IMG/VR virus record: IMGVR_UViG_3300003154_000789 | Coordinates: 61,331-125,330 of that record | Direction: 5' to 3' (one strand) | DNA: 64,000 bases | From: a virus | Shown: piece by piece, positions 47,264 to 56,581 of the stretch | Position numbering within the stretch: the first letter of the stretch is position 1 | How the letters are laid out: each line of letters starts with the position of its first letter | Program-made: the position numbers and the translations under genes | Notes under the pieces: generated by a model | Databases searched by the model: none | The model's input: only the letters and a program-made list of their open reading frames with translations | What the model was told of the DNA's origin: nothing

Positions 47264-47488
47264 TTACTTTCTGATTTCAATTATTTCTCCCTTTTTGTGA
47301 TATTCTTTTCTGATATTTATATCGTCCATTAATGCTGTTACATTTCCCCAGTGGAATCCACATCCTGTACAGGTTCTAAGAAGAAAATTATAAAACCAAT
47401 CTTTCTTGAGACATTGTGGACATATCATAAAGTTCTTGGGTGTACCACAAAAGGACGAAGCTCTTATTTCCGAAATGATTTGTATCAT
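47264..47488 (-). CDS. small Zn-ribbon protein
   Basis: CPQC...CTGC. Confidence 0.55.
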   Translation of the reverse strand: MIQIISEIRASSFCGTPKNFMICPQCLKKDWFYNFLLRTCTGCGFHWGNVTALMDDINIRKEYHKKGEIIEIRK

Positions 47489-47721
47489 AACTTCCCTTCA
47501 GCATAAAATTTTACTCTGGAATCCTGATGCTTATCACCATATAGTTTATCAATGTCTGGAACTTCTTCATTACATTCCGTATTCTGACATCTAACTGGTG
47601 AGCAGTACTCAAATTTTTGGACATGTCCACACTTTGGATTCACAAAGATGGTTTCGTTTTTATACTCAGTGATAGGTTTTACCTTACATTGAATCATTTT
47701 TGTTTCCTTATAGAGTGACAT
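47485..47721 (-). CDS. Zn-ribbon array member 1
   Basis: PKC...CQNTEC...SRVKFY. Confidence 0.6.
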   Translation of the reverse strand: MSLYKETKMIQCKVKPITEYKNETIFVNPKCGHVQKFEYCSPVRCQNTECNEEVPDIDKLYGDKHQDSRVKFYAEGKL

Positions 47722-47964
47722 TCAGTATATTCCTGAAACAACTGAACGTGTTATAGTTGGAAAATGGTATTGTATTCTGTCAAATCGGTGATGAACAAGA
47801 TCTAACAAAGCCGGTTGTTTTTTCGAACAGAACCAGCATGTTTTTTCATGTAGTTCTCTTGTTATACTAACACCAAAACAGCGTACATTTATTCTACCAC
47901 ATTGCTCACATGCGTATTCGATTGTTCTAGCTCCGCTGTGACTTGTAATTTTGCATCGGATCAT
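47722..47964 (-). CDS. Zn-ribbon array member 2
   Basis: CEQC...CWFC...DRIQYH. Confidence 0.6.
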   Translation of the reverse strand: MIRCKITSHSGARTIEYACEQCGRINVRCFGVSITRELHEKTCWFCSKKQPALLDLVHHRFDRIQYHFPTITRSVVSGIY

Positions 47965-47967
47965 GAT

Positions 47968-48180
47968 CTATCCTTCACAGATTATTCTTGTTTTTATTTT
48001 AAAATGGTAGTACTTTCTTTCAGAGATAAGCTCTACCAGCCTCGTTATGAAAAAATCGTATTTAAACCCACATCTGTAGCAACTTTGGGGCATTTTGATA
48101 TAAGCAACATCTTCCTGTTTACATCCAGGACATAAAAACGTTACCACATCATCGTTCTTCTTTATTTTTGCTTTAATCAT
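47968..48180 (-). CDS. Zn-ribbon array member 3
   Basis: CPGC...CYRC...ERKYYH. Confidence 0.6.
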   Translation of the reverse strand: MIKAKIKKNDDVVTFLCPGCKQEDVAYIKMPQSCYRCGFKYDFFITRLVELISERKYYHFKIKTRIICEG

Positions 48181-48682
48181 TGATTTTATCTGCCTTCTTC
48201 TGATTACATTTATAGCACATAGGTTGATAATTTGAAAGTTTGTTCTCCCCACCTTTGGATCTTGGTAGGATATGATCTTTTGTTATCATGATTTCATTTC
48301 CATTCTCATCTTTTCCATAAAGATTTAAATGAAACTTTGTTGGATTATCATTGACACCCCTCTCAAGAGCGAAGTATGTGCCCTCAGTGCCACAATGTAC
48401 ACACTTGATGCCTTTTGTAGCAAAGAGTTGATATCTATGTGAGCCCATAGGCACTGTGATGGCTCTTGGCACACCATTGATCTTTACAAAGTATGTACGT
48501 AGTGCTGCATTTTTCCATTCTGCACTGTTATACGAGAATCCCTTTGAGCTAAGCTTGTGCCTTACATCCCTTGTGAAGATAAAAGGTAGAACTGCTTCTA
48601 CAGGAATCTTTGCTACTCTTACATATCTTACTCTTTTCTCAGTCCTCCGCCTCGTTGTCATTAAGATGCTCCTTTCTATCAA
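48173..48682 (-). CDS. HNH endonuclease
   Basis: CVHC...TKDHILPRSKGG...NYQPMCYKCN. Confidence 0.85.
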   Translation of the reverse strand: MIERSILMTTRRRTEKRVRYVRVAKIPVEAVLPFIFTRDVRHKLSSKGFSYNSAEWKNAALRTYFVKINGVPRAITVPMGSHRYQLFATKGIKCVHCGTEGTYFALERGVNDNPTKFHLNLYGKDENGNEIMITKDHILPRSKGGENKLSNYQPMCYKCNQKKADKIND

Positions 48683-48872
48683 CCATAAAGTGATAACCTA
48701 TACGATATAATCGATTGTGAAAAATATGAAAAGGGCTTGGCTTTAATACCTTGTGGCATTTGAGACAATGAATTATTGGTAGTATGTCAGTATAGCATGT
48801 TTGCTCCTCACCGCAAGCTGCACATTTAAATAATAATTCATCTATAACACTATCTTGAACCACTTTAAACAT
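48639..48872 (-). CDS. Zn-ribbon array member 4
   Basis: CAAC...CLKC...YRIGYH. Confidence 0.6.
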   Translation of the reverse strand: MFKVVQDSVIDELLFKCAACGEEQTCYTDILPIIHCLKCHKVLKPSPFHIFHNRLYRIGYHFMVDRKEHLNDNEAED

Positions 48873-48882
48873 TTTTGTTCTC

Positions 48883-49095
48883 CTATTGTTCTGCCCCCAA
48901 TTCCCAGGTGTCACCCAATATGTAATACACTTTCCTCTCATCAATATCATCCATAAGCCTGGAGTAATTTGACAATTCTTCACCACATTTGGTGCAATAT
49001 ACTGGTGAACTTAGACTAAAAATAATTAAGTTGAAACAGAAGGGGCAAGATACAAACCATCTATCGGCTGATCTGCTTTTATGTAGTTTGAGCAT
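48883..49095 (-). CDS. Zn-ribbon array member 5
   Basis: CPFC...CTKC...ERKVYY. Confidence 0.6.
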   Translation of the reverse strand: MLKLHKSRSADRWFVSCPFCFNLIIFSLSSPVYCTKCGEELSNYSRLMDDIDERKVYYILGDTWELGAEQ

Positions 49096-49294
49096 TTAAC
49101 GTATCCTTATGCCAAATGGCTCTATACTTTACCCTTAATTTTAATGCCCGAATGTCTGGAAAAGAGAGGGTGCAATGTGAGCACATCTTTGGTGATATTG
49201 AATAAAATGTTGTTCTTCCACCACAATGGGGACAAAATACATACGTCTCCCCCATATACCCATCCTTTGGTTGAGCTATTTTTATGTTGATCAT
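49079..49294 (-). CDS. Zn-ribbon array member 6
   Basis: CPHC...CSHC...YRAIWH. Confidence 0.6.
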   Translation of the reverse strand: MINIKIAQPKDGYMGETYVFCPHCGGRTTFYSISPKMCSHCTLSFPDIRALKLRVKYRAIWHKDTLNAQTT

Positions 49295-49310
49295 TGTTAT
49301 ACCTTTTTAT

Positions 49311-49721
49311 CTATCTAAATTTCTTTTTAGGCAGGGCTATGGGTTTTAATGAAGATAATGGTAGCTGTTCCCAGATTGTTTTACATCTTCCCTTCTCTGG
49401 ATCTAGTGCTCTTATTGTCAAGTGTTCCTTCCCCACTTTGCAATTTGGACATTCCTGAATTGCATTGTCCGATTTCATCCACTTTAATCCACGATGTTCA
49501 CATTCCCCACAAAACCAGCTGTATCTATTGTGAGTATCTGACGATGCATCAGGTGAATCATCGATATAGTGCTGTACTCTTGTACCAAATCTATGACCAC
49601 ACAGTCTACATCTTTTAGTTGTTGGGTCTTCACCTCGTTTACATAATAAATCCTTGCCGCAGATTTTACAGGTCACATGAATCGAATCAGTAATTGGATC
49701 ATGTAGGTAATAATTTGACAT
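49311..49721 (-). CDS. double Zn-ribbon protein
   Basis: CKIC, CRLC, CGEC, CPNC. Confidence 0.6.
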   Translation of the reverse strand: MSNYYLHDPITDSIHVTCKICGKDLLCKRGEDPTTKRCRLCGHRFGTRVQHYIDDSPDASSDTHNRYSWFCGECEHRGLKWMKSDNAIQECPNCKVGKEHLTIRALDPEKGRCKTIWEQLPLSSLKPIALPKKKFR

Positions 49722-49747
49722 TTCTTCTCCTAGGCAACAAAGCCTCA

Positions 49748-50209
49748 TTATTTCTTTTCGTAGCGAACTATTATTGCATCAGGTACTGCATCCCGAATTA
49801 TTCCTTCGACAATTGTCCAATCTCCTCCAGCAAGTCCACAACCAATACCATGAGGAAGATATATGGGGAAGTCGTCAGCCTTGAACATTGTTTTCCAACG
49901 CTGTAGATTTCGTAGAGCCATGCCGAGAGCATTGTAATCAGTGTTGACAACATTCCTGGGACGATAATCGAATTGACCAAAGAGATTGGCGAAGTACAAT
50001 TTTCTTGAAATCTCTACTATCTGGCATCGTCCTAGTCTTGCGTTTATTGGAGCTCTACCCATCATTGTTATGTATTCCTCATACACTTTTGGGTATTTAC
50101 TTCTGATTTGTTTTGCCAAACCAGCACCCATCACCATTTGACAATTTACTTGATGCCCAATTATTCCTTCTGTGGCATCCAGAATGTCACCTTTAACAAA
50201 TTTCAACAT
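49748..50209 (-). CDS. macro domain protein (ADP-ribose processing)
   Basis: GDI..., HQVNC, MGAGLAKQI, PHGIGCGLAGGDW. Confidence 0.92.
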   Translation of the reverse strand: MLKFVKGDILDATEGIIGHQVNCQMVMGAGLAKQIRSKYPKVYEEYITMMGRAPINARLGRCQIVEISRKLYFANLFGQFDYRPRNVVNTDYNALGMALRNLQRWKTMFKADDFPIYLPHGIGCGLAGGDWTIVEGIIRDAVPDAIIVRYEKK

Positions 50210-50635
50210 TTAGAACCTCCAGACGTCACTTGGACGGTTGACTGCACGTCTTTCACGTTTCACAGGATCTACATAGTAACGCAACTTGTTTATATGGACT
50301 ATTGGAAGTGTCTTTAAATACTCTAAATCTACTTCCTCTTCGACGTGATCCAAAACGGCAAGCTTTTTCTTCGGCGGCTTCAAAATTCTTTCTCGTATCT
50401 TATCCAGTTCTTCCCATGGTATAGTTACTCCATCACGAAGTACAGAATATTTAAAATCTCCTTGAAACCCTGTATAATAAGCATTGAGTACCATACCATC
50501 TTCAGTTACATCAACAAACATTCCACTTGTTGGGCTGCCAGCTATTAAACGTTCACACTTTTTAGTACTTTGTGGGGTATCTTCAAGTGTGAACATTGGA
50601 CGAGCTGGACCAATATAATCTCCATCGCTGCTCAT
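50210..50635 (-). CDS. hypothetical protein
   Basis: 141-aa ORF. Confidence 0.65.
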   Translation of the reverse strand: MSSDGDYIGPARPMFTLEDTPQSTKKCERLIAGSPTSGMFVDVTEDGMVLNAYYTGFQGDFKYSVLRDGVTIPWEELDKIRERILKPPKKKLAVLDHVEEEVDLEYLKTLPIVHINKLRYYVDPVKRERRAVNRPSDVWRF

Positions 50636-51996
50636 GTGTCTCTCCTAGATTTATTTTGGGCTGATTTGCCAGTATCGTTGCTATCAAGTCCAAAAGAACG
50701 CAACACACCCTTCAATTTTTCCTCATAACGCTGTTCTTCCGCCTCCAAATTTCCAATGAGATTGAGTGTTGCTTGTTTGGGATTCCACCATTTTATGAAA
50801 TCAGAAACTCCTGGCATTACAACACGCACAACAGGGAAATTAAACACCGGATGAGTATGGTTGACAAAAATAAGATCGGTATTGAGTTTCTTGGCTATCT
50901 CTATACACTGATCGATCTCTATTTTGGTCCCATCTACAGATTTAGGAATAAATTTTACGGTATCAGTTCGTGTGTATACTCTAAGATCTAATGGACAAAT
51001 CCCTTTAAAAAATATTGGTATATATTTATCAGGATTTGGATCTTGAGGAATCATGCCTTGTCCAGCTTCGTAATCAAAGTGTGTTCCCTGCATTCTTTCA
51101 GTAAAGCACCTTGTTACCGCTTCAATAGAATTAAATGAGCTCCCTGCTTTAACTATATTGTATCCAACATGATTTGTCGTGAGGGATTTGTTGAATGTCA
51201 TTATAGCGTGTACAGGATATACACCTTGACCAATGTCTTTTATCACAACTTCTATATTGTTATCTTCGAAATACCTGAGAATGTCTTGAATAGTTTCATC
51301 CTCTATAGAGGCGATATCAATATTTGGACAAGGTTGTTTGTTAAGGAAACGTAGATTTTTTATTAGAGCGTCACGTTCAAATATTTCACAGGCTCCTTGA
51401 ACTATTGCCTCTTCTAAAGTGTTTCCGGCAGCAAGACCATTAGTCGATGATATCCATTTAACAAAAAGTATCGGTACATATACCTCTTTATCCTGTACGA
51501 GTGAATATCCAGGTACCCAATGCCTTAACAACTCGCTTGAGAACTTAAGATGTTCGTATTGAGCTGGAACGAATCTGTAATCTTTTAAAAAGCTTTCTGC
51601 TCGAACGGCATCTTGAATGCTATCTTGATGCGACCATCTGTATCCTTTCATATATTTGTATAGAGAAACCTCAGAAAGTAGGTTCCCTAGCTCGCCATGA
51701 AGTTGTCTGAACTCCCCTATTCTTATTCCTGTCTCCATCCCAGCAGACAATCTTTCTACAATTTCGGCATAAGCTGAAGCAAGAGCAGTAGTTTCTGAAG
51801 TTCCCTTTCCATTTGCCATGGCTCTTATTTCTGGTATCTCGATGTTGACAGACCACAAATTATCACAACTCTTTAGGGTCTTGATTGTTTCCTGAAGATC
51901 CAGTTTTTTAAGCCCCCTTCTTAGAAATGAAATGGTTTCTGAAGGAGTACATATTGTTTTTCCAAATTCATTCCTTTTATAATCATTTATTACCAT
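50632..51996 (-). CDS. YcaO-family ATP-dependent amide-activating enzyme
   Basis: NGKG...ALASAYAEIVER, STNGLAAGN..EEA...G..EIFERD, R..TE..Q, PVVRVVMPG; no C-terminal PxP. Confidence 0.88.
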   Translation of the reverse strand: MVINDYKRNEFGKTICTPSETISFLRRGLKKLDLQETIKTLKSCDNLWSVNIEIPEIRAMANGKGTSETTALASAYAEIVERLSAGMETGIRIGEFRQLHGELGNLLSEVSLYKYMKGYRWSHQDSIQDAVRAESFLKDYRFVPAQYEHLKFSSELLRHWVPGYSLVQDKEVYVPILFVKWISSTNGLAAGNTLEEAIVQGACEIFERDALIKNLRFLNKQPCPNIDIASIEDETIQDILRYFEDNNIEVVIKDIGQGVYPVHAIMTFNKSLTTNHVGYNIVKAGSSFNSIEAVTRCFTERMQGTHFDYEAGQGMIPQDPNPDKYIPIFFKGICPLDLRVYTRTDTVKFIPKSVDGTKIEIDQCIEIAKKLNTDLIFVNHTHPVFNFPVVRVVMPGVSDFIKWWNPKQATLNLIGNLEAEEQRYEEKLKGVLRSFGLDSNDTGKSAQNKSRRDT

Positions 51997-52019
51997 GTTT
52001 ATACCACCTTTAAATCGAA

Positions 52020-52481
52020 TTACTTCCTTGGTCTTCCGCTATCGCAAATCAATTTCCCATGAAGATGGTCGATCTCATGCTGAATGGCGATGTTTACCAG
52101 TTTCTTTCTCTGTTTCAGTGTTTGTAGCTTCCCATCACGATCAAAGTATTTCACCGTAACTTCACGCATACGTTTAACATCATAGCGTTCTCCGCTGTCT
52201 ATAGACAAACAGCCTTCTGCATAAGAGGTTATTTTCCCGCTACTTCCAACAATAGTAGGATTAATACAGACTGTTCCATCATCAAGAACAAATATCTGTT
52301 TGTTGACCCCAACTTGTGGTGCCGCTAGACCGATGGCTCCAAGAGAAGATACTGTTTCGAGCATATAGTTAATGAAGTCCTGGAGCTTAGGGATCTCCTC
52401 TAAATCGACTCGTTCAGAAATCTTTCGAAGAACTCCTACTTCATCATTATTTAATGTTACAATACCACCAAATTCGTTCAT
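52020..52481 (-). CDS. def: peptide deformylase
   Basis: GLAAPQVG, EGCLS, QHEIDHLHG. Confidence 0.95.
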   Translation of the reverse strand: MNEFGGIVTLNNDEVGVLRKISERVDLEEIPKLQDFINYMLETVSSLGAIGLAAPQVGVNKQIFVLDDGTVCINPTIVGSSGKITSYAEGCLSIDSGERYDVKRMREVTVKYFDRDGKLQTLKQRKKLVNIAIQHEIDHLHGKLICDSGRPRK

Positions 52482-52483
52482 AG

Positions 52484-52699
52484 TTACTCCTTTGATTCTA
52501 AATCATCTATTAGTTTATGTAGAACATCCACAAGTGTAGGTATTATTAACACTACTAAAGTTGTACATATTACTACAATAGCTATAGTGATTAAATTCTC
52601 ATTGTTGTTTCTAACAATCAAGGAAGAGCTGGAAATTATGATTATAATCAAAATCCATGCTAATACATGTAGTTTGTAAAATCTTTTGTTTCTCGACAT
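52484..52699 (-). CDS. small membrane protein
   Basis: Two hydrophobic helices. Confidence 0.55.
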   Translation of the reverse strand: MSRNKRFYKLHVLAWILIIIIISSSSLIVRNNNENLITIAIVVICTTLVVLIIPTLVDVLHKLIDDLESKE

Positions 52700-52758
52700 T
52701 TTCTACCTCGTTTATAACCTTATGAAGGGCTACCACCTTCAAGTGATAGCCCTCCAGT

Positions 52759-53157
52759 TTACTGTATCAAACAATCTTTGCAATTTAACAATAGTACGGT
52801 ACTTCCTGGAATATAGACAAGCTGATAGTTACCATAGAAGAAGTTCCCAAGACCAACAATTTTAATGAGATCCCCGCTACTGTTAAAATCATATGTGTCT
52901 ATAAAGACTCCAGACTGAGTCAAGTCAGCCTCACCCATTGGTCCGGGGCCAAAAGGTCCCTGTCTAAAAGATAAATCATAAATTGCCTCATCGATAACCA
53001 CCGTATAGGTATGTCCAGTAATATCTGTCTTGATGTCACTGGCTAATGATGGATTGACGAAAATACCTACTGATAACATTGCAAACAAAGTAAAACAAAG
53101 TCCGAAAATTTTTAATGGTTTCATAATAATGTGTCTCCTCTTGTCAATTTTAAACAA
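52759..53157 (-). CDS. putative secreted protein
   Basis: Signal-peptide-like N-terminus. Confidence 0.6.
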   Translation of the reverse strand: MFKIDKRRHIIMKPLKIFGLCFTLFAMLSVGIFVNPSLASDIKTDITGHTYTVVIDEAIYDLSFRQGPFGPGPMGEADLTQSGVFIDTYDFNSSGDLIKIVGLGNFFYGNYQLVYIPGSTVLLLNCKDCLIQ

Positions 53158-53310
53158 TTTTCCCTACTTTCTTTAATTTATCTTTTCCGCCTCACCCCCT
53201 TGTCGAATTTGTCTTTTCTACGCTCCAAATCTCGTTGACGTTTCTCACGTCTACGAAGTTTGTCGTTGTCAAAATCAACAGTTTTAATTTTTTCTTTTTC
53301 TTGTGCCATG

Positions 53311-54027
53311 TTACACCCCTTTTTCTTTCGATATGGTTTTTATTTTATCGATGGCAGATTTGACTGCAGTTTCAACTTCTTCGTTACTTAAAGGGGTCAT
53401 TGTTTTGACCTCCTCTGCATATTCTACGGTAGGCGGAACGAAGTTATTGATGTATTTTTCCATTATACTTGCAGCGGCATTAAGAGACATGCTCTTTTCT
53501 CCAAAAGAAATAGTGACGTAATCACGGAGCATTGCGTCTTGGCTGTTAATTCTCCCTGTCGTGGTACCAGATATTTTGGATTCAACATCTGCACGGAATC
53601 CCATAGTAAAGTCGCCAGCACCGAAAGCAAAAATCCTATCTTCTGATCGTTTAAGTCCAAGAGGTGGTGCTTTAAATGACCTGACAGGTAATGTCCCACC
53701 ACTTCTCTTTCTGAAAGTACGTTTTGGCTGAGACTCCTCTTCCCATAGATCAATACATTTTCCTACTGATTCCACCTTTAAACCTTCATATTCATCAGAT
53801 TCAGGATATGGTATTGGTAGCACATTCTCGATGGTTACTTCCGGAATTCCCATGCTGTTTAAAACCTTATTACCAGCAACCACTATACGCAGGGCGTCTT
53901 TTTCGTATAGATTTTCAAAATTGCCTGGATATGTTTTTAAAACCTCTCGCATAAGATCTTCTTCTGTTTCCCACGCTCCTCTCATCATCATTTCATGTAA
54001 AGCATCTAATATTCCTCTATGTAACAT
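53311..54027 (-). CDS. hypothetical protein
   Basis: 238-aa ORF. Confidence 0.7.
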   Translation of the reverse strand: MLHRGILDALHEMMMRGAWETEEDLMREVLKTYPGNFENLYEKDALRIVVAGNKVLNSMGIPEVTIENVLPIPYPESDEYEGLKVESVGKCIDLWEEESQPKRTFRKRSGGTLPVRSFKAPPLGLKRSEDRIFAFGAGDFTMGFRADVESKISGTTTGRINSQDAMLRDYVTISFGEKSMSLNAAASIMEKYINNFVPPTVEYAEEVKTMTPLSNEEVETAVKSAIDKIKTISKEKGV

Positions 54028-54029
54028 TA

Positions 54030-54329
54030 TTACCAGTCTCCATCTCTCCAGAAGTCATAACATGCTCCTGGAGAAGTCTCATTTTGAGTATTTTCCTTTT
54101 TATCGAATAGCTCCTTCATGCCCTTTGTCGATATGAATTCGTCGATCCATTTCTGAGTTGTAGGGCTAAGAGGAACACTACGCAACTCAATTCTGTCATG
54201 AACTTCTGACATTGGCACTTCATCACAAGGATTTTGAATGTTGACTCCAATACCTTGTAGCTGAACTTCAACCATTTTTTGTATTTTAGAAGGTGCCTTC
54301 TTCTTTTTGCCGTTTAACATTCTTCCCAT
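54030..54329 (-). CDS. hypothetical protein
   Basis: ORF in gene run. Confidence 0.6.
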   Translation of the reverse strand: MGRMLNGKKKKAPSKIQKMVEVQLQGIGVNIQNPCDEVPMSEVHDRIELRSVPLSPTTQKWIDEFISTKGMKELFDKKENTQNETSPGACYDFWRDGDW

Positions 54330-54702
54330 AATCTTCCTCTCTTACATCTCTTAATATCGGATAAATATTACCTGACCAACCCTTTCTTAAGGAAGGTAAC
54401 ACACAATTTCGACCAAGTTCCTCTTCTGGTAGAGGTTCTTCCTTCCCTAGAAGACCGATAGTTTTGAGATACACAAAAATGCTGCGAATAACTGCAGGAT
54501 GCACACATAATTCACAGCTAACATTCTCCAGAGCCACTTCCTTACCACACCGCTGTGTAATACGTTCAATTACCTCAACTACTTCTGGTAGAACATAAAC
54601 GAATTTCCTTTTCTTTAATGCTACCATCATGTTGTCTTCTCTGGCAATAAATGAAATTTTACATCCATGTGAGTCAAAGTAATGTAATGATTTGTTATCC
54701 AT
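54286..54702 (-). CDS. hypothetical protein
   Basis: ORF in gene run. Confidence 0.6.
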   Translation of the reverse strand: MDNKSLHYFDSHGCKISFIAREDNMMVALKKRKFVYVLPEVVEVIERITQRCGKEVALENVSCELCVHPAVIRSIFVYLKTIGLLGKEEPLPEEELGRNCVLPSLRKGWSGNIYPILRDVREEDYGKNVKRQKEEGTF

Positions 54703-54713
54703 AGCCTTATCCT

Positions 54714-55121
54714 TTATCTTAAACTTGAATCAGTTTCCATGGCAGCTACCAGGGATAGTGTTGGATGACTCAGCCCAGGTTGTTCTTTAAGAGTATCCAC
54801 ATGCATCCATTTTCCTTTGCTATATCTATCTTTGCAACTCTCTGGACATCCAGGATGCACCTTACCACGATATTTTATATCGTATACGATACTGTGCCTG
54901 ACGTCACCACTTTCTGCCTGGTCCACATAGTCTACCATACTGATGGCTGATACAAGTTCGAATTCTCCATCAACCTGTTTCAATAGATCGTCTATATGGT
55001 GCATAGGATCATCACCATTTGGTATGATCTTCATAGGCAATGTCCATACCCCGTTTTCAAATTGTCGCATCATGATGCAGGATCGCGTAGAATTGTGTAC
55101 GCATATTGCGAGCATTGTCAT
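54714..55121 (-). CDS. hypothetical protein (possible Nudix-like fold, no Nudix box)
   Basis: ORF; G.W.LP followed by a degenerate box. Confidence 0.45.
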   Translation of the reverse strand: MTMLAICVHNSTRSCIMMRQFENGVWTLPMKIIPNGDDPMHHIDDLLKQVDGEFELVSAISMVDYVDQAESGDVRHSIVYDIKYRGKVHPGCPESCKDRYSKGKWMHVDTLKEQPGLSHPTLSLVAAMETDSSLR

Positions 55122-55288
55122 TTTTCCTCTCCATTTCGGTAATAGATGTGGCTATCATAAAAATGCCTACCGCCATCATAACAATAAAAAACAAAAGACA
55201 CAAGAAGTATCTACAGTTATGTGTTGGTATAGTAGATAACAACCAATCTGAGTGATTAATTTCTTTCATTTGACTTTATCCTTTCAGA

Positions 55289-55759
55289 TTATAATAGAAG
55301 ATATTGTCTCATACGTTCAAGCTGTTCAGGTAAACCAAGGTTTATAACCTCAATATTATGGTTACGTGCAAGAACAATAGCAGTACGAGTGCCTCCAACA
55401 TCTGCTCCATTCAATGTCCAGCACACAAGAAACGACGATGGAGTATCCAGATTAATACCCAGAACTTGAAAGCAGTTCCTAGCATGCAGCTGTTTAGCAA
55501 AATGGGAACATCTATGCCATGCTGGATGAATTGCTGCCGCCATATCCAAAGCTCTCTTATTTACATGACTAGGACGGTATATCTCTTTTGTGCCTCCAAC
55601 CAGGGAAGCACCATATTCAAAAGCTGAATCAGCACCTGCTGCACCCCCAGAACGTAGTGTCCAACCATCAAGAGCCAATTTCTTTGCCAAAGTTGTCATT
55701 ATTTCCAGAATGTGTGCTGGAGTAGATCGTGAACCAACACCAGTATAGAATTTACTCAT
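55289..55759 (-). CDS. SLOG-superfamily (DprA/Smf-like) protein
   Basis: YTGVGSRSTP, LRSGGAAGADSAFE, GGT..A. Confidence 0.8.
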   Translation of the reverse strand: MSKFYTGVGSRSTPAHILEIMTTLAKKLALDGWTLRSGGAAGADSAFEYGASLVGGTKEIYRPSHVNKRALDMAAAIHPAWHRCSHFAKQLHARNCFQVLGINLDTPSSFLVCWTLNGADVGGTRTAIVLARNHNIEVINLGLPEQLERMRQYLLL

Positions 55760-55771
55760 AAAAGTTTTCTC

Positions 55772-55957
55772 CTATTGGTCTTTACAGTATTGACTACAGC
55801 GTAAAAGATCATCCTCAACTTTGATAAGTGTTATCTCTTCTTTCAAAGGATATATACACTTGTTATCGATGTTCATCTGACAATCAGTTAATTGGCAAAG
55901 CAAATTTCTGGAAATATCTCCATAATGTACTCGTGAGAAATTAGGAAAATTATTCAT
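55772..55957 (-). CDS. hypothetical protein
   Basis: ORF with RBS GGAGAG. Confidence 0.45.
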   Translation of the reverse strand: MNNFPNFSRVHYGDISRNLLCQLTDCQMNIDNKCIYPLKEEITLIKVEDDLLRCSQYCKDQ

Positions 55958-55967
55958 TTAATCTCTC

Positions 55968-56171
55968 CTATTCTTCTTGATAAATTCTCACCCATTCAGC
56001 GTCATTGTCCTTCGACATTGGCAGAGAAAATATCTGCTTTTCTTTTCTTGTAAATCTTGTGGCAGAGGTATAGTCGCTCCAACCATCTTCATTATCCCAA
56101 TACATTACCCCACCAGGAATTTCCGATTCACTACGTGAAAAAATAACATAACGTTCTTTTCGTCCTTTCAT
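55968..56171 (-). CDS. hypothetical protein
   Basis: ORF with RBS GGAGG. Confidence 0.55.
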   Translation of the reverse strand: MKGRKERYVIFSRSESEIPGGVMYWDNEDGWSDYTSATRFTRKEKQIFSLPMSKDNDAEWVRIYQEE

Positions 56172-56299
56172 ATTACCTCCTATCCCCAGAATAAATATTT
56201 TATTGCTGCAGCAGGGATTGAGATGATAAGGGCTCCCACTATAATATATCCAATTATTAATAAGACTGCTTTCATCCCGTTACTCATGTTTGAATTCCT

Positions 56300-56566
56300 T
56301 TATGATTTTGTTGCCCCCATGATCGCTTGAACGATAGGAAATTTTTCATCATGACTTATATCACGTTTCGTTTCCTTATCCTTCATCAGCATGAAAAGAT
56401 GTTTTTCCTCTTGCATTGGATATTCTATGACCATATCTTTTCTTCCACCATTACCATCTGAAACATCCAAGCTGACTATGGCTTTGCATTGGTTGTAATA
56501 AGCACCAGAGATGGTCTCTATCCTTTTGACAAATGGATCCATATTTTTGTCTTTGTATAACGTCAT
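56300..56566 (-). CDS. hypothetical protein
   Basis: ORF with RBS GGAGG. Confidence 0.55.
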   Translation of the reverse strand: MTLYKDKNMDPFVKRIETISGAYYNQCKAIVSLDVSDGNGGRKDMVIEYPMQEEKHLFMLMKDKETKRDISHDEKFPIVQAIMGATKS

Positions 56567-56581
56567 ATTTTCCTCCCCATG

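Noticed and set aside
33345-55121. 33345..33794 and 54714..55121 as active Nudix hydrolases
   Set aside because: The GX5EX7REUXEEXGU box is missing; left as hypothetical.
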